From positions 6,335 through 70,334 of IMG/VR virus record IMGVR_UViG_2929707518_000001: a DNA stretch of 64,000 nucleotides; one strand, given 5' to 3'. The stretch comes from a virus (lineage: Duplodnaviria > Caudoviricetes). Shown in pieces: positions 1-10,458 of the stretch; position 1 is the stretch's first letter; each line of letters begins with the position of its first letter. The notes under the pieces were generated by a model. The model searched no databases. It was not told the DNA's origin and saw nothing but the letters and a program-made list of their open reading frames with translations. The position numbers and the translations under genes were made by a program.

Positions 1-440
1 CATCCGCCCTCAGCTCTCCGGGCCCGCGGGGCTTTAGGCACGGAGTGCTCGGGCACCGTCGCGGCCCACATGATGACCCCCGCGTGGGAGGTCAGGTACC
101 AGATCGCGACGTAGGCGCCGCGGGAGTACTCGCCTGACATGACTGCGGCGAGGTATGCGATCGCCCACACTGACGGCGGCACCAGTGCGGCGATGAATCC
201 GAAGCGGTCCCGGCCTACCTGGAGGAAGGCCGAGATGGTGGTGATGACTCCTGCGATGACCCATAGCCACGCCCAGCAGTGCAGGGGGGCGACGCGTGTC
301 AGGAGGGAGAGGCCGGTGGACTGGGGCGGGTCCACGATCATGCCCGCGCCCCAGCAGGTTTTCCCGACGCCCAGGATGAGGAGGAACGGGCCGCGGCGGC
401 CGAGCAGGCGGTTGGCACGCCGGGCCGCACGGCACCGCAT
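1..440 (-). CDS. Multi-pass membrane protein in the lysis cassette (stop just off the edge)
   Basis: Manual translation MRCRAARRANRLLGRRGPFLLILGVGKTCWGAGM...; about 4 hydrophobic segments; follows the holin directly; not in the ORF track. Confidence 0.7.
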   Translation of the reverse strand, partial: MRCRAARRANRLLGRRGPFLLILGVGKTCWGAGMIVDPPQSTGLSLLTRVAPLHCWAWLWVIAGVITTISAFLQVGRDRFGFIAALVPPSVWAIAYLAAVMSGEYSRGAYVAIWYLTSHAGVIMWAATVPEHSVPKAPRARRAEGG

Positions 441-794
441 CTACACGCCCGAGAGCGAGGGTCGGTCTTCGCTCGGCGTCGGGGACACCTGTCCACGGGT
501 CAGGAACACCAGCACCGCGAGCACGACCGCGTTCAGTGATCCTACGGTTGCGGGTGCCACCTGGAAATGCCAGGCGGCCAGCAGTGCCACGCCAGCGGTG
601 ATGAGCCCGGTGAACGCCGCCGGGGCGACAGGCCGGGTTCGCGCGGCCGTGACGGCGGCGGAGCCTGCGGAAATGACGGCAACGGTCGCGCCGGCCTGAA
701 GGCTGGTGAGGCCGATGTTGAAGGTGACGATCAGAGACAGCACGGCGCTGATAACGCCGATGGTGACAGCTGGCTCGCGGTTGAAGATCTTCAC
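441..794 (-). CDS. Holin
   Basis: 117 aa with several TM helices, N-terminus MKIFNREPA, immediately downstream of the endolysin. Confidence 0.8.
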   Translation of the reverse strand: MKIFNREPAVTIGVISAVLSLIVTFNIGLTSLQAGATVAVISAGSAAVTAARTRPVAPAAFTGLITAGVALLAAWHFQVAPATVGSLNAVVLAVLVFLTRGQVSPTPSEDRPSLSGV

Positions 795-1610
795 TTACGC
801 TCCTGGGGTGAGGTCGTCGACGGTGACGTCGACCTTGACGACGGCGGCCGCGATGGCCGCCTTGACTGCGGCGACGACCTCGGCGGTGTCGACGTCGTCG
901 CCGAGCTTGTCGGCGAGCGTGCCCACGGTGGCCGACAGAGCCGCGACCTGCGTGGCCAGCGCGACGATGCGCCGATTGCTGTCGAGCAGGTAGGCGTAGG
1001 CGTCGTAGGGCACGTCGGTGCCCTTGTAGGCCCATAGGTCACGGGGGGTGGGCATGTCGTCCTCCACGGGGGGTTGGGGCTGGCCGGTCGCGCGGGCGAC
1101 GATGGCCGGGAAGATCACGTTCTTGAACTGCGCAACGCGGGCGTCGCCAGGGCAGTCGGTGCCGCCGTCGGCCCACTCCGGCCAGAGCCGGTGGTAGCCG
1201 TAGCCGGGGTCCGTCCAGGAGCGGCAGATCCGCAGGGGGATCCCGTGCTGCTGATGCATCCATACGCCGAGGCGGATCAGCCCTTCGACCTGCGCGGCGG
1301 TCCACGGATCCGTGTGGGCGAGGTTGGATGCGGTTTCGATGCTGACCGCGCCGGTACCGTCGGCCCGGCGGTTCGCCCTGAAGCAGGCGTCTGCGCGGGT
1401 CTGGGTGCCGATGTACTGGGCGATCGAACCGTCGTAGGACTGCCCGAAGTGCGACTCCAGATTCGTCGAGTCGCGCCAGTATTCGAAGATCCGTTCCTTT
1501 GTCCACGGCGCTGCGACGGAGTGCAGGATGAGCTGCGTCGGGTCGATGGCGGGCTGCGCGTCTGACTCCGGCTGTAGCTCCATTTTTGTGGCGCCCGGAT
1601 ACCAGGCCAT
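795..1610 (-). CDS. Endolysin, N-acetylmuramoyl-L-alanine amidase (Amidase_2-like)
   Basis: LILHS, SHF, SIET, GYHR and TDCPG Zn-amidase motifs; GGAGG RBS. Confidence 0.88.
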   Translation of the reverse strand: MAWYPGATKMELQPESDAQPAIDPTQLILHSVAAPWTKERIFEYWRDSTNLESHFGQSYDGSIAQYIGTQTRADACFRANRRADGTGAVSIETASNLAHTDPWTAAQVEGLIRLGVWMHQQHGIPLRICRSWTDPGYGYHRLWPEWADGGTDCPGDARVAQFKNVIFPAIVARATGQPQPPVEDDMPTPRDLWAYKGTDVPYDAYAYLLDSNRRIVALATQVAALSATVGTLADKLGDDVDTAEVVAAVKAAIAAAVVKVDVTVDDLTPGA

Positions 1611-1673
1611 GATGCCTCCAGGGCATGAGGGAGATCCCCGTCGATAGGCCGGGGTCGAAGTGGGGTGGGCTGG

Positions 1674-2507
1674 TCAGCCTCGACGCGTGAACGCGCGCGC
1701 CGTCAGCCAGGCGTTCCCCAGCCAGCACCGCTTGCGCTGCGGGGCCGGCTTGCTCGGGCTGGCCCAGGCGGGGATGGTGACGTCGCCCTGCTGCGAGAGG
1801 AGCCAGGCCAGGTCGCCGGCCGTTACGTACCCGGAGCCGGCCACTCCCCAGGCCGACCCCCACGAGTTCGTCAGCCAGTACCTGCCGGCTTCGTCAAGGC
1901 CGGCCAGCTCGATCTCATGCCCGCCGGCAACCGGAGACTCCCGGTCGACGCGGATTTCACCGTCTGGGCCGGGCGTGAACATGCTGTCCAGCCAGGGGAT
2001 TCCGATCATTACCGGGCCGGTCTGCAGCGCCGAGTCCAGGGCCGCGAGGGAGAATGCGTGCGTGTATCGGGCGGCCAGGCCGAGCGTCTGCAGGGCTTTG
2101 GCGGCGCCGAGGCCGGATGATCCGGTATCGGTCGGCGGGTACTGGCCGGAGATCTCGTCGAGGACCGTGGCCAGCGAGTACAGGGCGACGGCGAAGGCCT
2201 CGTCGAGGGCATGCTCGCCGGCGGCGAACCGGCCGTGGGAGGCCTGGGCCGCGGCCGTGGTGATGGTGACGGTGGTGAGCCCGCGGCGGCCGGCGGAGTC
2301 GGTGCCGAGCAGCCCCGTGCCGGCGTTCCCAGTGCAGCTCCCGAGCTGCCCCTGATCCAGGACGGGTATCCGGCGAGTCCAGGTCACCGGCTTGATCGCC
2401 GACCCGGGGAGGACACCGTGGGCGTAGGCGAGAGAACGCGGATCGTGCTCGACGTACCGGCCGAAGGGCCGCCTGACGCCGGTGCGCATGGGGGCGGGGT
2501 TGGTCAC
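1674..2507 (-). CDS. Papain-like (C1) cysteine peptidase
   Basis: QGQLGSCTG (Gln/Cys), GGHEI (His) and NSWG (Asn) motifs. Confidence 0.82.
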   Translation of the reverse strand: MTNPAPMRTGVRRPFGRYVEHDPRSLAYAHGVLPGSAIKPVTWTRRIPVLDQGQLGSCTGNAGTGLLGTDSAGRRGLTTVTITTAAAQASHGRFAAGEHALDEAFAVALYSLATVLDEISGQYPPTDTGSSGLGAAKALQTLGLAARYTHAFSLAALDSALQTGPVMIGIPWLDSMFTPGPDGEIRVDRESPVAGGHEIELAGLDEAGRYWLTNSWGSAWGVAGSGYVTAGDLAWLLSQQGDVTIPAWASPSKPAPQRKRCWLGNAWLTARAFTRRG

Positions 2508-2555
2508 GTGCGCTCCAGAGCATGCAGAGAACGCCGATCTGGTCGGCGTGGGAGG

Positions 2556-3089
2556 TCAGCGGGAGATCCAGAGCACGGTCATGCCGCAGGCGAGATCGGA
2601 GGCGACGACCGTGTTGATCGAGCCGCCCGAGTTCTGGCTGCCCTGGATTTCGACGTAGTCGCCGACGGCGAGCTGGACTGTCCCGAGGACGGTCATGCCC
2701 TGCGATCCGGCTGATGTGGCAGGCAGGAACGCGGCGGCGGCCGTGATGGAGCTTGAGCCGTTGAGGAGCATGCGGGCGCCTCGGTAGCCGGTGCCGTTCG
2801 CGGCGAAAGCTACCGCGCCGCCCACCAGGTACAGGCCAGCCACCTGGCAGACGTACCTGGACGGGTTGGTGACGGTGGAGTGACCGCCGTCAGAGTCGAC
2901 GGCCTCCGTGTCCAGGCTGATCGATACCCAGACACCCGTGGCGAGGGACTGGAGAGTGGCCTGGTAGCCACGGAACACCGGCGGCCCCAGCGCGAAATTG
3001 TTGAGGTCGCGGACCTGCGCGTTAAAGAGAGCCGCAGTTTGGTAGTAACCCGGCACTTCTGTGGCGGGGGCGGGGACTGTGCGGGCCAC
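2556..3089 (-). CDS. Minor tail protein (C1q/TNF-like beta sandwich)
   Basis: AGLYLV...LAVGDYVEI pattern; position after the large tail protein. Confidence 0.7.
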   Translation of the reverse strand: MARTVPAPATEVPGYYQTAALFNAQVRDLNNFALGPPVFRGYQATLQSLATGVWVSISLDTEAVDSDGGHSTVTNPSRYVCQVAGLYLVGGAVAFAANGTGYRGARMLLNGSSSITAAAAFLPATSAGSQGMTVLGTVQLAVGDYVEIQGSQNSGGSINTVVASDLACGMTVLWISR

Positions 3090-3101
3090 CAGCTCCTCCG
3101 T

Positions 3102-6100
3102 TCAGTAGGCGAATGCGTTGGCGTCGAATGCCGAGGACGCATCCCAGGTGGTTGGGTCCGTGGTCCCCGCAGGCAGTACCTCGTTGATGAGGTCTCCGGC
3201 CGTGTGGGCCTTCGTTGTGGCTGCGGTGAGGGTGATCGTGGCGCTCGTCCAGCCCGGGGATGTCGAGCCGACCGCGAGGATGGTCACCGTCTCCTGGTTG
3301 GCCGTGTTCTGGCCGAGGACGATCTGGGTGCCTGCGGAGAGCTGGGTGGCCAGCGGGTTCGTATTGTCCTGGCTGGCGTTGATCGTGATCGAGGTGGCGC
3401 CGCTACTCACCGTCGTCTTCAGCGTGGTGTGCCAGGCAGCGAAAATCCCGTAAGGGGTGGTGTCCACGGGTGAGCACTGGAGCGTGACGTAGGCCTGACC
3501 TCGGTCGTCCATGTCCCATTTGATCGACTCGACGAACACGTCGGCCTGGATGGCCGGCAGGTTCGGCGGGCGCCTCATGACGCGGACCCGGGCCCCGAAC
3601 TCGAGTCCGAGCACCACCGGCCACAGCGATGGCTGTGCTGACGGGTGCAGCTTGAGCGAGGAGACTCGCGTGACCGGCTGCTTGTACCTGGACAGGAGAT
3701 AGCCGGCGGCGTCCTGGCATTCGCCGGTGGACTGGGTGTTGATGCTGCGGTTCAAGGGGCGGGGCATGTAGGCGGTGATCGACGCGGTGTCCCGCGCGGA
3801 GAACGTCTGCCCGGTTGACGTCTGGGTGACGGTCACGGTGTTGGAGAGGCGGGTCGGGTCGTAGTCGAGTTTGCACTCCTCATACGGGTATTCGCCCAGG
3901 TCGGCACGCTCACCGAACACGTACACGGGTGCGCCGGCGTTGTAGCGGGCAGCCCGGGACTTGAATGTGATGGTGCCGTCCCGGGCGGTGAAGTGCGAGC
4001 CGCCCTCGGTGTCGACGACCGCCTGGAGGGCGGACAGGCAGTCCTGGCCGCCGAAACTCGCGGCTCCCATTGCCGTGGTCAGGCCGCTTTGGATTGAGGT
4101 GGGGCCTGTCCATCCGGCGTACCCGAGGATGCGGGTGTATCGGGCGCTGGTGGAGTCTCCCGTGAACGAGTTCTTCCACGCGTTGTACAGGCTGGTGATC
4201 ATGACTCCGGCAGGGATCCAGTCCATTTCTGCCGCGAAAGCCAAATCGCCCTTGAAGTTGGTGGTGGTTCCATCTCCGACAGTCGCATCGACGAATCCAC
4301 CGACGTTGTCACTGATTAGCCCAGTTGGCGTGAATCCAGTTGGAACGCCGCTCCAGTAGGAAAGGGCTGCTCCATCTTGAGAGAAGAAGAGCTGCTGCAG
4401 GGCCTGGTTGTATCCGAAGGCGAGCAGATGCCAGTTCCCGTCCAGGCAGCTCGTCCCGCCCCCAGCTTGATACGTAAACCCTGCTCCGCTCGGTCCGGAC
4501 AAGGAGAAATTGGGCTGGCCTGTCGGATCAAGATAGATGTAAATGCCGGATCCGGAAGGGCCAGTTGTGCGCTGTTTATCCATGCAGGACCAAAGCATTG
4601 CAAGGGAGGTAGGCGTGGGTCCTGTGTAGCGGAAGGCGATGAGCCGAGACCATGAAGCGGGATCGGCTGGGCCGGTAATCCCCGAGGTGCCCAGCTTGAG
4701 GAAGGTTGCCGGCACGACGTAGGCCGCCCCAGGGCTCGGATTGTCGACCGTGGCCACGGTGCCCGAGCTCCCGGTGAATGCCCCGCCAGGCATGCTAGTT
4801 GCGGTGATCTGGGAACCGAACACAAACGAGCCCGGGCCATACTTGGAGGCTGAGAGTTCGGCCGGAGGGAAGTTGCCGGTGGAGTCACTGGCACTTGTCG
4901 ACCCCTGCGGATCGTCGAGCTTGAAGAGAAACCGGGGGTTGTGCGAGTTGATTTCCTGCGTGAGCGGGTCAGAGAGCGTGACCTGCGAGAACAGGGCGAA
5001 CGGGTCCACGCACGTCGGGTTGACGGTGCCGTAGACGCCTTCCTTCCAGTCCGAGGGCCAGCGCTCCACGTACCCCGAGTACATGGGGTACCACACGCCC
5101 GGCATCACCCACGGCGTGGCCGCCGACCCCTTCTCCAGCTGCCAGCCATCGACCTGGATGGAGCAGGTGGCGCCTGCAGTGGCCGCCACCATGATCCCCG
5201 CGTCCATCCCGGCCGCGTTCGCCGGCGCGGTCGCGGTAACCGTGAACGTTGTCCAGCTGGCCGAGGCGGCCCCCGTCAGTGTGACCGCCGAGCTATACGT
5301 GAAATTCGCAGCGGTACCGCCGACTGCCGCGTCGTACCAGCCGATTCCCGCCTTCACCTGCAATGTCGTGGCGGCGGTGACGTTACGGACACGGATTTGC
5401 ATGGTGTACGTCTGGCCCGGTGTCGCCGCGGTCTGGAGCATGTGGCAGATCCGTGTGGGAGCCGTCGTAGCCGACGGCACGGACACCTGGATCACCGTCG
5501 CACCCATCCAGGCAGTCGTGCTCGGCGTGACAGCGTTAGGGGCGCCCGGCGCCGTATCACTGTAGACCCCCGCAGGGGTAAGGGCGCTGCCGGCGGCGTA
5601 TCCGCCCAGGTCCGCGCCGCTCGCCATGAGCTGCGACAAAAGGTTCACCGTGGGCGGCCACTGCGCGCGCTTGCGGTACGGCTGGTAGGGCGCGATGCGC
5701 CCGGCGAACGGACTCGAGCCGTTCGTAGGGTCGAGGACGCCATCCGTGTTGGCCAGGGTCGTATTCAGCTCGCCAGATCGGACCTGGTCCAGCTCGTACT
5801 GGCGGCCCCGCTGGATCCCTACGCTGCCGCGAGTCCGCAGCGTGATATCCACGTACCGGTCTGCGGGTGCGTCGCTGCTCGCGTTCCAGTACGGGCCCCA
5901 CGCGTCCTCGATCAGCGGCCAATTCGGATTGACAGTGCCGCCCAGCGGGGTGTTGATGTGCCCGATCGAGGCAGTCAGGCCCGCCACTTCGGTGGCGCCC
6001 GCCGAGGTCTCGAACGCGAACCTGAGGCCGGTGGCCGAGGCCGCCCACGAGTAGCCGGAGCCGGCCAGCGTGGTCCAGGTGATGCCGTCGGTGGAGACAT

Positions 6101-6521
6101 CCGCATACCAGGTCGCGGACGCCTCCCGGAGGCGCCACCAGCGGTGCGTGTGCGGCTGGTAGGAGCCCAGCAGCGTCGTGGCTGTACTGCCCGCGGTCTG
6201 CAGGGTGAGCATGAGGATGCCGCTGTCGACGCGCACGGCAACGGAGTTGCTGGCGTCGACGCGCAGGACGAGGCTGGTCTTCGTGTACCCGTTGCCGTTG
6301 GGTGCCGCGGTGACGAGGGCGTAGACGCTGCTCGAGGTGGCGTCGTACAGGTTCGTGGAACCGAAGCTGTTGGTGGCTCCGCTGGTGGTGGGCTGGGCGA
6401 GAGTAACCAGGTCGGCGGTCGTGTCGAGAGTGGCCGTCCCCGTGATCGAGTTCCAGAGGGCCGTGTTGAGAGTCGCCGCCGTGAAGGGTTCGATGAGCGT
6501 GGACAGTTTGGGGTTGGGCAC
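3102..6521 (-). CDS. Large minor tail protein with carbohydrate-binding/LamG-like domains
   Basis: 1139 aa directly after the tape measure; IQRGRQYELD, VDGWQLEKG and DGNWHLL motifs. Confidence 0.8.
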   Translation of the reverse strand: MPNPKLSTLIEPFTAATLNTALWNSITGTATLDTTADLVTLAQPTTSGATNSFGSTNLYDATSSSVYALVTAAPNGNGYTKTSLVLRVDASNSVAVRVDSGILMLTLQTAGSTATTLLGSYQPHTHRWWRLREASATWYADVSTDGITWTTLAGSGYSWAASATGLRFAFETSAGATEVAGLTASIGHINTPLGGTVNPNWPLIEDAWGPYWNASSDAPADRYVDITLRTRGSVGIQRGRQYELDQVRSGELNTTLANTDGVLDPTNGSSPFAGRIAPYQPYRKRAQWPPTVNLLSQLMASGADLGGYAAGSALTPAGVYSDTAPGAPNAVTPSTTAWMGATVIQVSVPSATTAPTRICHMLQTAATPGQTYTMQIRVRNVTAATTLQVKAGIGWYDAAVGGTAANFTYSSAVTLTGAASASWTTFTVTATAPANAAGMDAGIMVAATAGATCSIQVDGWQLEKGSAATPWVMPGVWYPMYSGYVERWPSDWKEGVYGTVNPTCVDPFALFSQVTLSDPLTQEINSHNPRFLFKLDDPQGSTSASDSTGNFPPAELSASKYGPGSFVFGSQITATSMPGGAFTGSSGTVATVDNPSPGAAYVVPATFLKLGTSGITGPADPASWSRLIAFRYTGPTPTSLAMLWSCMDKQRTTGPSGSGIYIYLDPTGQPNFSLSGPSGAGFTYQAGGGTSCLDGNWHLLAFGYNQALQQLFFSQDGAALSYWSGVPTGFTPTGLISDNVGGFVDATVGDGTTTNFKGDLAFAAEMDWIPAGVMITSLYNAWKNSFTGDSTSARYTRILGYAGWTGPTSIQSGLTTAMGAASFGGQDCLSALQAVVDTEGGSHFTARDGTITFKSRAARYNAGAPVYVFGERADLGEYPYEECKLDYDPTRLSNTVTVTQTSTGQTFSARDTASITAYMPRPLNRSINTQSTGECQDAAGYLLSRYKQPVTRVSSLKLHPSAQPSLWPVVLGLEFGARVRVMRRPPNLPAIQADVFVESIKWDMDDRGQAYVTLQCSPVDTTPYGIFAAWHTTLKTTVSSGATSITINASQDNTNPLATQLSAGTQIVLGQNTANQETVTILAVGSTSPGWTSATITLTAATTKAHTAGDLINEVLPAGTTDPTTWDASSAFDANAFAY

Positions 6522-6565
6522 GGCGCCTCCCGGGAGTGAGGGCGCCGTGCGGCGCGGTGACTGGG

Positions 6566-9292
6566 TTAGCTGCGCTGGTAGCCGGCGTAGGTCGTCGGGG
6601 TGCGCATGCCTCGACGCAGGAAGGCTTCTTCGATCTCGCGTGCGATGCCGTCGATCGTGGCGACGCTCCCCTGCACAGTGATGTTGATGTTCGTGACATT
6701 GGCGCCCGCACCCCCGCCCCCGGCGAGCGCCCTGCCGCCGGCGAGCCCGAGGGAGGGAACGCCGACCGTCTGGCTGGCCAGCAGGCCAGCCATGGACTGC
6801 ACGGAGGAGACTGCGGCCCCGGCATGGGCGTCGATTCCCTGCGCCACGCCCTGGGCGATCGGGGCGCCGACCAGCTCGGCGAATACCCGTGACGGTGAAT
6901 GAATGCCGAGGAAGTCTTTCGCGCTGGACAGGGCCGAGTTGGCCAGGCTGCGGAGTGAGCTGTACAGGGCGCTGGCCCCGCTACGGACGCCCTGGACGAT
7001 GCCGTCGACGATGGCCCTTCCGACCGACTGGAACCAGGAACCAACGTCCCTGACAGAGTTCCAGGCGGATCGGAGGCCGTTGCGGATGTATTCGCCGGCT
7101 TTGAGAATGTAGTGATTGATCGATGAGACTGCCGAGGAAATCGGCGTGATCATGGATGTCCTGATGCCATCCCAGATCGACGCTGCGGAACTTTTGATGC
7201 CAGACCACTTGCTTGCCAGCCACGAGGACGCGGCATTCCAGGTGGATTTCAGTCCGCTCCAGACCGCCGTGATGGGGTTGATGATCGCAGCCTTGATGCC
7301 GTCCCAGACCACACCCGCGACGGCTTTCAGGCCCGCCCACACCATGGAGAAGAATGCGGAGATCTTCCCCCAGACGTACCGGGCCGCAGCGAACATCGCC
7401 TCGTGGAAGTGGTTCCAGATCGCCATCACGACAGCGATCGGCGTAGCAAAGATCACCAGCAGTAGCGGCCACCACTTGCGAAAGAAGGCAGTGATCCCAT
7501 CCCAGATGGCCGCCGTGGTCCGCGACAACCAGTTCCAACCCATGACGATCGGGTCGACCAGCCGATGCCATCCAGCGACAAAGAACCCGACGAGCCAGTT
7601 CCAGGCGCCAGAAATGATGCCTGTAACGTGGTTCCAGATCGCTTGATTCTTGCTCGCGAAATCATGCCAACGTCCGACTATGAAGTCGGCAGCTGTCTTC
7701 GCGATGGACTGGATGAACCCCCATATTTGACGCCAATGGGTGTACAGATAGACGAGCTCGACAACCAGCACCACGATCGCGAGAACAATCCAGGTGACCG
7801 GGTTAACCGCTGCAGCTGCCGCCATCGCATACAGCGAGGCTATGAACGCCCCCATTGCGAAGACGAGGACGCCACCCACAACAATCGCCAAAGCGGCGGC
7901 AGCAGCCCGGTGCTGCTCGAAGAAGGTGATGACTTTCAGGATGGGCGGGATCAATTTCGTGCCCACCACGATCGCCGTCGTGGTCACCGCTTCCTTCAGG
8001 CGGCCCATCTGGACGTTGAAGGACTGCTGGGTGAGCGCCCAACCCTCAACGTCTTTCGAGGCATTGTTGAAGGAGTGGCCGACCTTCTCGACGCGCTCTT
8101 TGAAACCCTCGGTGTTCTCGCCGGTCAACTGCAGTGTCGTATTGAGGCCGATTGCGCCACCGGTCATCTTCTTGATGGCCTCGGTGTACGTCTGAGCTGC
8201 CGGCCCGCCCTTTTTCAGCTCGGCCGAGAAGCCATTCGCTTTGTTCTGGAGGGTGGCGTACTGCGTCAGCAGATTGGCTTGCTCCGGTGGAAGGCCCTTG
8301 AGCTCTTTGCGCCACTCGGCCAGCGAGATCGATCCCGAGCTGTAAGAGCGGGCCAGCTCCTGGATGCCTGCCGGCATCGCCTTGATCATTGTCTGGGCGT
8401 TCTCGGCAGCCTGTTTCGTCTGATTGAACGACGACAGCAGCAGAGTTCCCGACGGCCCCATCTTGGACAGGACCGTCTGCGACAGCAGGTCGAGAGTGCC
8501 GGTCAGGCCGCGCTGACCGAGCTTGGTCGCCACGTCCGTCGAAGAGAGGCCCAGGCGCTGCATCTCCTGAACCGCGACGTTGTTTGGGGCGGCCAGGTTG
8601 CGGATGGTGGAGGCGAGTTCCTGGGTTGCCTCCCGGGCCGATGTGCCGTGCTGGGTCAGGGTGGCGATTGCGCCGCCGACCTCGGCGAAGCTGACTTTAT
8701 TGGCGGAGGCGATCGGGATGACCGTGGCGAGCGATGCAGAAAACTCTTGCATCGTCATCTTGCCCTCGCCGGCCGCAGTCTTGAGGGCATTCATGACACG
8801 CACTGAGTCCTGCGCGCCAAGGTGATATGACGCCATGACGCTGGTCATGGCGTTGGTGACATCCTTGAGGTCGGCGCCTTCCTCGCGGGCACCCTGTGCT
8901 GCGGCCTTCAGGACTTTCAGGCCGTCCCCGGCCCGGTATCCGGCCTTCTCGACCTGGTACATACCCTCGGCGAGCTGCCCAGTGGACGTACCGGTATTGC
9001 GGGCCAGCGACATGACTCCGTCGGAGACCAGCTTCAGCTTCGACTGAGACTCACCGCAGGCCGTGACCAGCAGATTCATCTGCTGCTGGAAATCGCCGGC
9101 CGCCTTCACGCCGTACACGGCGAATGCCGCGCCAGCCATGATGGTGGCCCCGCCCACCTTCGTGAGCAGCCCCTGCACGCCGCCCATACGGGTCATGAAC
9201 GACTCGCCGCCGTGACTGGCAGCCGCCATACCTGACGTGAATTGCGAAGTCTCCGCCCGAAGACGGACAAAAAGATCCGCAACTTCCGGCAC
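6566..9292 (-). CDS. Tail tape measure protein (TP901-like)
   Basis: About 908 aa, Ala/Gly rich, Trp-periodic repeats, IHSPSRVF motif. Confidence 0.92.
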   Translation of the reverse strand: MPEVADLFVRLRAETSQFTSGMAAASHGGESFMTRMGGVQGLLTKVGGATIMAGAAFAVYGVKAAGDFQQQMNLLVTACGESQSKLKLVSDGVMSLARNTGTSTGQLAEGMYQVEKAGYRAGDGLKVLKAAAQGAREEGADLKDVTNAMTSVMASYHLGAQDSVRVMNALKTAAGEGKMTMQEFSASLATVIPIASANKVSFAEVGGAIATLTQHGTSAREATQELASTIRNLAAPNNVAVQEMQRLGLSSTDVATKLGQRGLTGTLDLLSQTVLSKMGPSGTLLLSSFNQTKQAAENAQTMIKAMPAGIQELARSYSSGSISLAEWRKELKGLPPEQANLLTQYATLQNKANGFSAELKKGGPAAQTYTEAIKKMTGGAIGLNTTLQLTGENTEGFKERVEKVGHSFNNASKDVEGWALTQQSFNVQMGRLKEAVTTTAIVVGTKLIPPILKVITFFEQHRAAAAALAIVVGGVLVFAMGAFIASLYAMAAAAAVNPVTWIVLAIVVLVVELVYLYTHWRQIWGFIQSIAKTAADFIVGRWHDFASKNQAIWNHVTGIISGAWNWLVGFFVAGWHRLVDPIVMGWNWLSRTTAAIWDGITAFFRKWWPLLLVIFATPIAVVMAIWNHFHEAMFAAARYVWGKISAFFSMVWAGLKAVAGVVWDGIKAAIINPITAVWSGLKSTWNAASSWLASKWSGIKSSAASIWDGIRTSMITPISSAVSSINHYILKAGEYIRNGLRSAWNSVRDVGSWFQSVGRAIVDGIVQGVRSGASALYSSLRSLANSALSSAKDFLGIHSPSRVFAELVGAPIAQGVAQGIDAHAGAAVSSVQSMAGLLASQTVGVPSLGLAGGRALAGGGGAGANVTNINITVQGSVATIDGIAREIEEAFLRRGMRTPTTYAGYQRS

Positions 9293-9333
9293 GCCGCCCA
9301 CCGCCTTCCGTGGTCAGCGCGAAAGCGGTGGGG

Positions 9334-9789
9334 TCAGAAAATTCGGGGCCAGCCGGCCCGGTAGATGGTCACGTACAGCTGCGGCGCGACCGTGGTGATC
9401 CCGAATCGGTAGGCAGGATGCAGGAACGGATACGCGCTGCCGTTGCGGAGACCCGTCTCGAGGGCCAGGCCGTATCTGCTGGACGGCGTCCTGCCATATG
9501 GCGGGGTCATGCCTGCCGCAGTGCCGACTTTGGTCTCCCAGCCCGTTCCTGACGGGGCGACCGGAGTGTGCGTGATGGAACGGCGGAGCGTCCCCGAGAT
9601 GACTGCAGGTCCGGTGCCGGGAGACGCCGGCGTCGGTGTGCCACGCCGGTGCGCGCCGGTCGAGGCGTTCACCTTGGCCTGCCGCTCGATCGAGTTCGCA
9701 AGCTGCGTCAGGAAGGCCTTCGATTTCAGCTGCCCGTCGGCGGTTATCTCGGTGAACAGGCGGGTGAATACGCCCGGCCGGAGCTCCAT
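9334..9789 (-). CDS. HK97 gp10-like neck/tail completion protein
   Basis: SGTLRRSI, YGLALETG and YPFLHPA motifs; ATG at 9789 has a GGGGAGG RBS. Confidence 0.7.
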   Translation of the reverse strand: MELRPGVFTRLFTEITADGQLKSKAFLTQLANSIERQAKVNASTGAHRRGTPTPASPGTGPAVISGTLRRSITHTPVAPSGTGWETKVGTAAGMTPPYGRTPSSRYGLALETGLRNGSAYPFLHPAYRFGITTVAPQLYVTIYRAGWPRIF

Positions 9790-9790
9790 C

Positions 9791-10054
9791 TCAGCCTCCC
9801 CGGGCACGCTCGGCGCGGGCTTCGGCGCGCTCATTCTCTTGCCGCTCGTGCTCCCCGATCATGCCGAGGATGTCGAGGCAGTAGCGGCGCACGTACATGG
9901 GTGTCGCCTGGAGCTCCTCCCATGACCAGTGCATGCGCCGCATGAGGAGGAAGTCGGCCCATTCGGCTGGGGAGTCATCAGAGCCCCACGTCCCCTCGAT
10001 GATCGATTCGATCGGGAGGAGTACGTCCTCGTAGTACGGGGAGCCGGGGCCTAG
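9791..10054 (-). CDS. Tail assembly chaperone C-terminal extension (-1 frame, G-T-like)
   Basis: Open -1 frame LGPGSPYYEDVLLP...MHWSWEELQATPMYVRRY...ARGG with no RBS/start at its 5' end. Confidence 0.7.
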   Translation of the reverse strand, partial: LGPGSPYYEDVLLPIESIIEGTWGSDDSPAEWADFLLMRRMHWSWEELQATPMYVRRYCLDILGMIGEHERQENERAEARAERARGG

Positions 10055-10458
10055 TGAGGGTCCGCAACGCTGGTGATCTCCTCCGCCACCCGGTTGATGA
10101 TCTTCAGCGGCATCCGGGCGATGTTCTCGATGGTGATCGGCCCGAGCCGCGGTTGGGGAGTCTGGGCATCCCCGAGCGACTCGAAGAGGGCGACCGGGTC
10201 GACGTCATCGCCCAGCTCAAGCAACGGCGCCTGAGAGGCGTCGTAGACCTTCCAGGCGACGATGACGCGGGCGAAGACCTCGTACATCGCCTCCTGGGCC
10301 TGCTGCGGGTCGAGAGGCTGGCCGCGGTCGTCGAGCGGGACGTCCTTGGGTGTGACCTCCTTCGGGGGCAGCAGCTGCGGGTTGCGCATGAGGACGGACA
10401 CGTCGTCCCCGAGCTCCGGGAAGGTCAGTAGGACGTAGGGATTGCTGTAGCCAGCCAT
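10051..10458 (-). CDS. Tail assembly chaperone
   Basis: Directly after the major tail gene; MAGYSNPYV start with GGAG RBS. Confidence 0.75.
   Translation of the reverse strand: MAGYSNPYVLLTFPELGDDVSVLMRNPQLLPPKEVTPKDVPLDDRGQPLDPQQAQEAMYEVFARVIVAWKVYDASQAPLLELGDDVDPVALFESLGDAQTPQPRLGPITIENIARMPLKIINRVAEEITSVADPH

Noticed and set aside
9790-9834. ORF-track start at 9834 for the gp10-like gene
   Set aside because: It overlaps the chaperone extension; ATG 9789 has the strong RBS.
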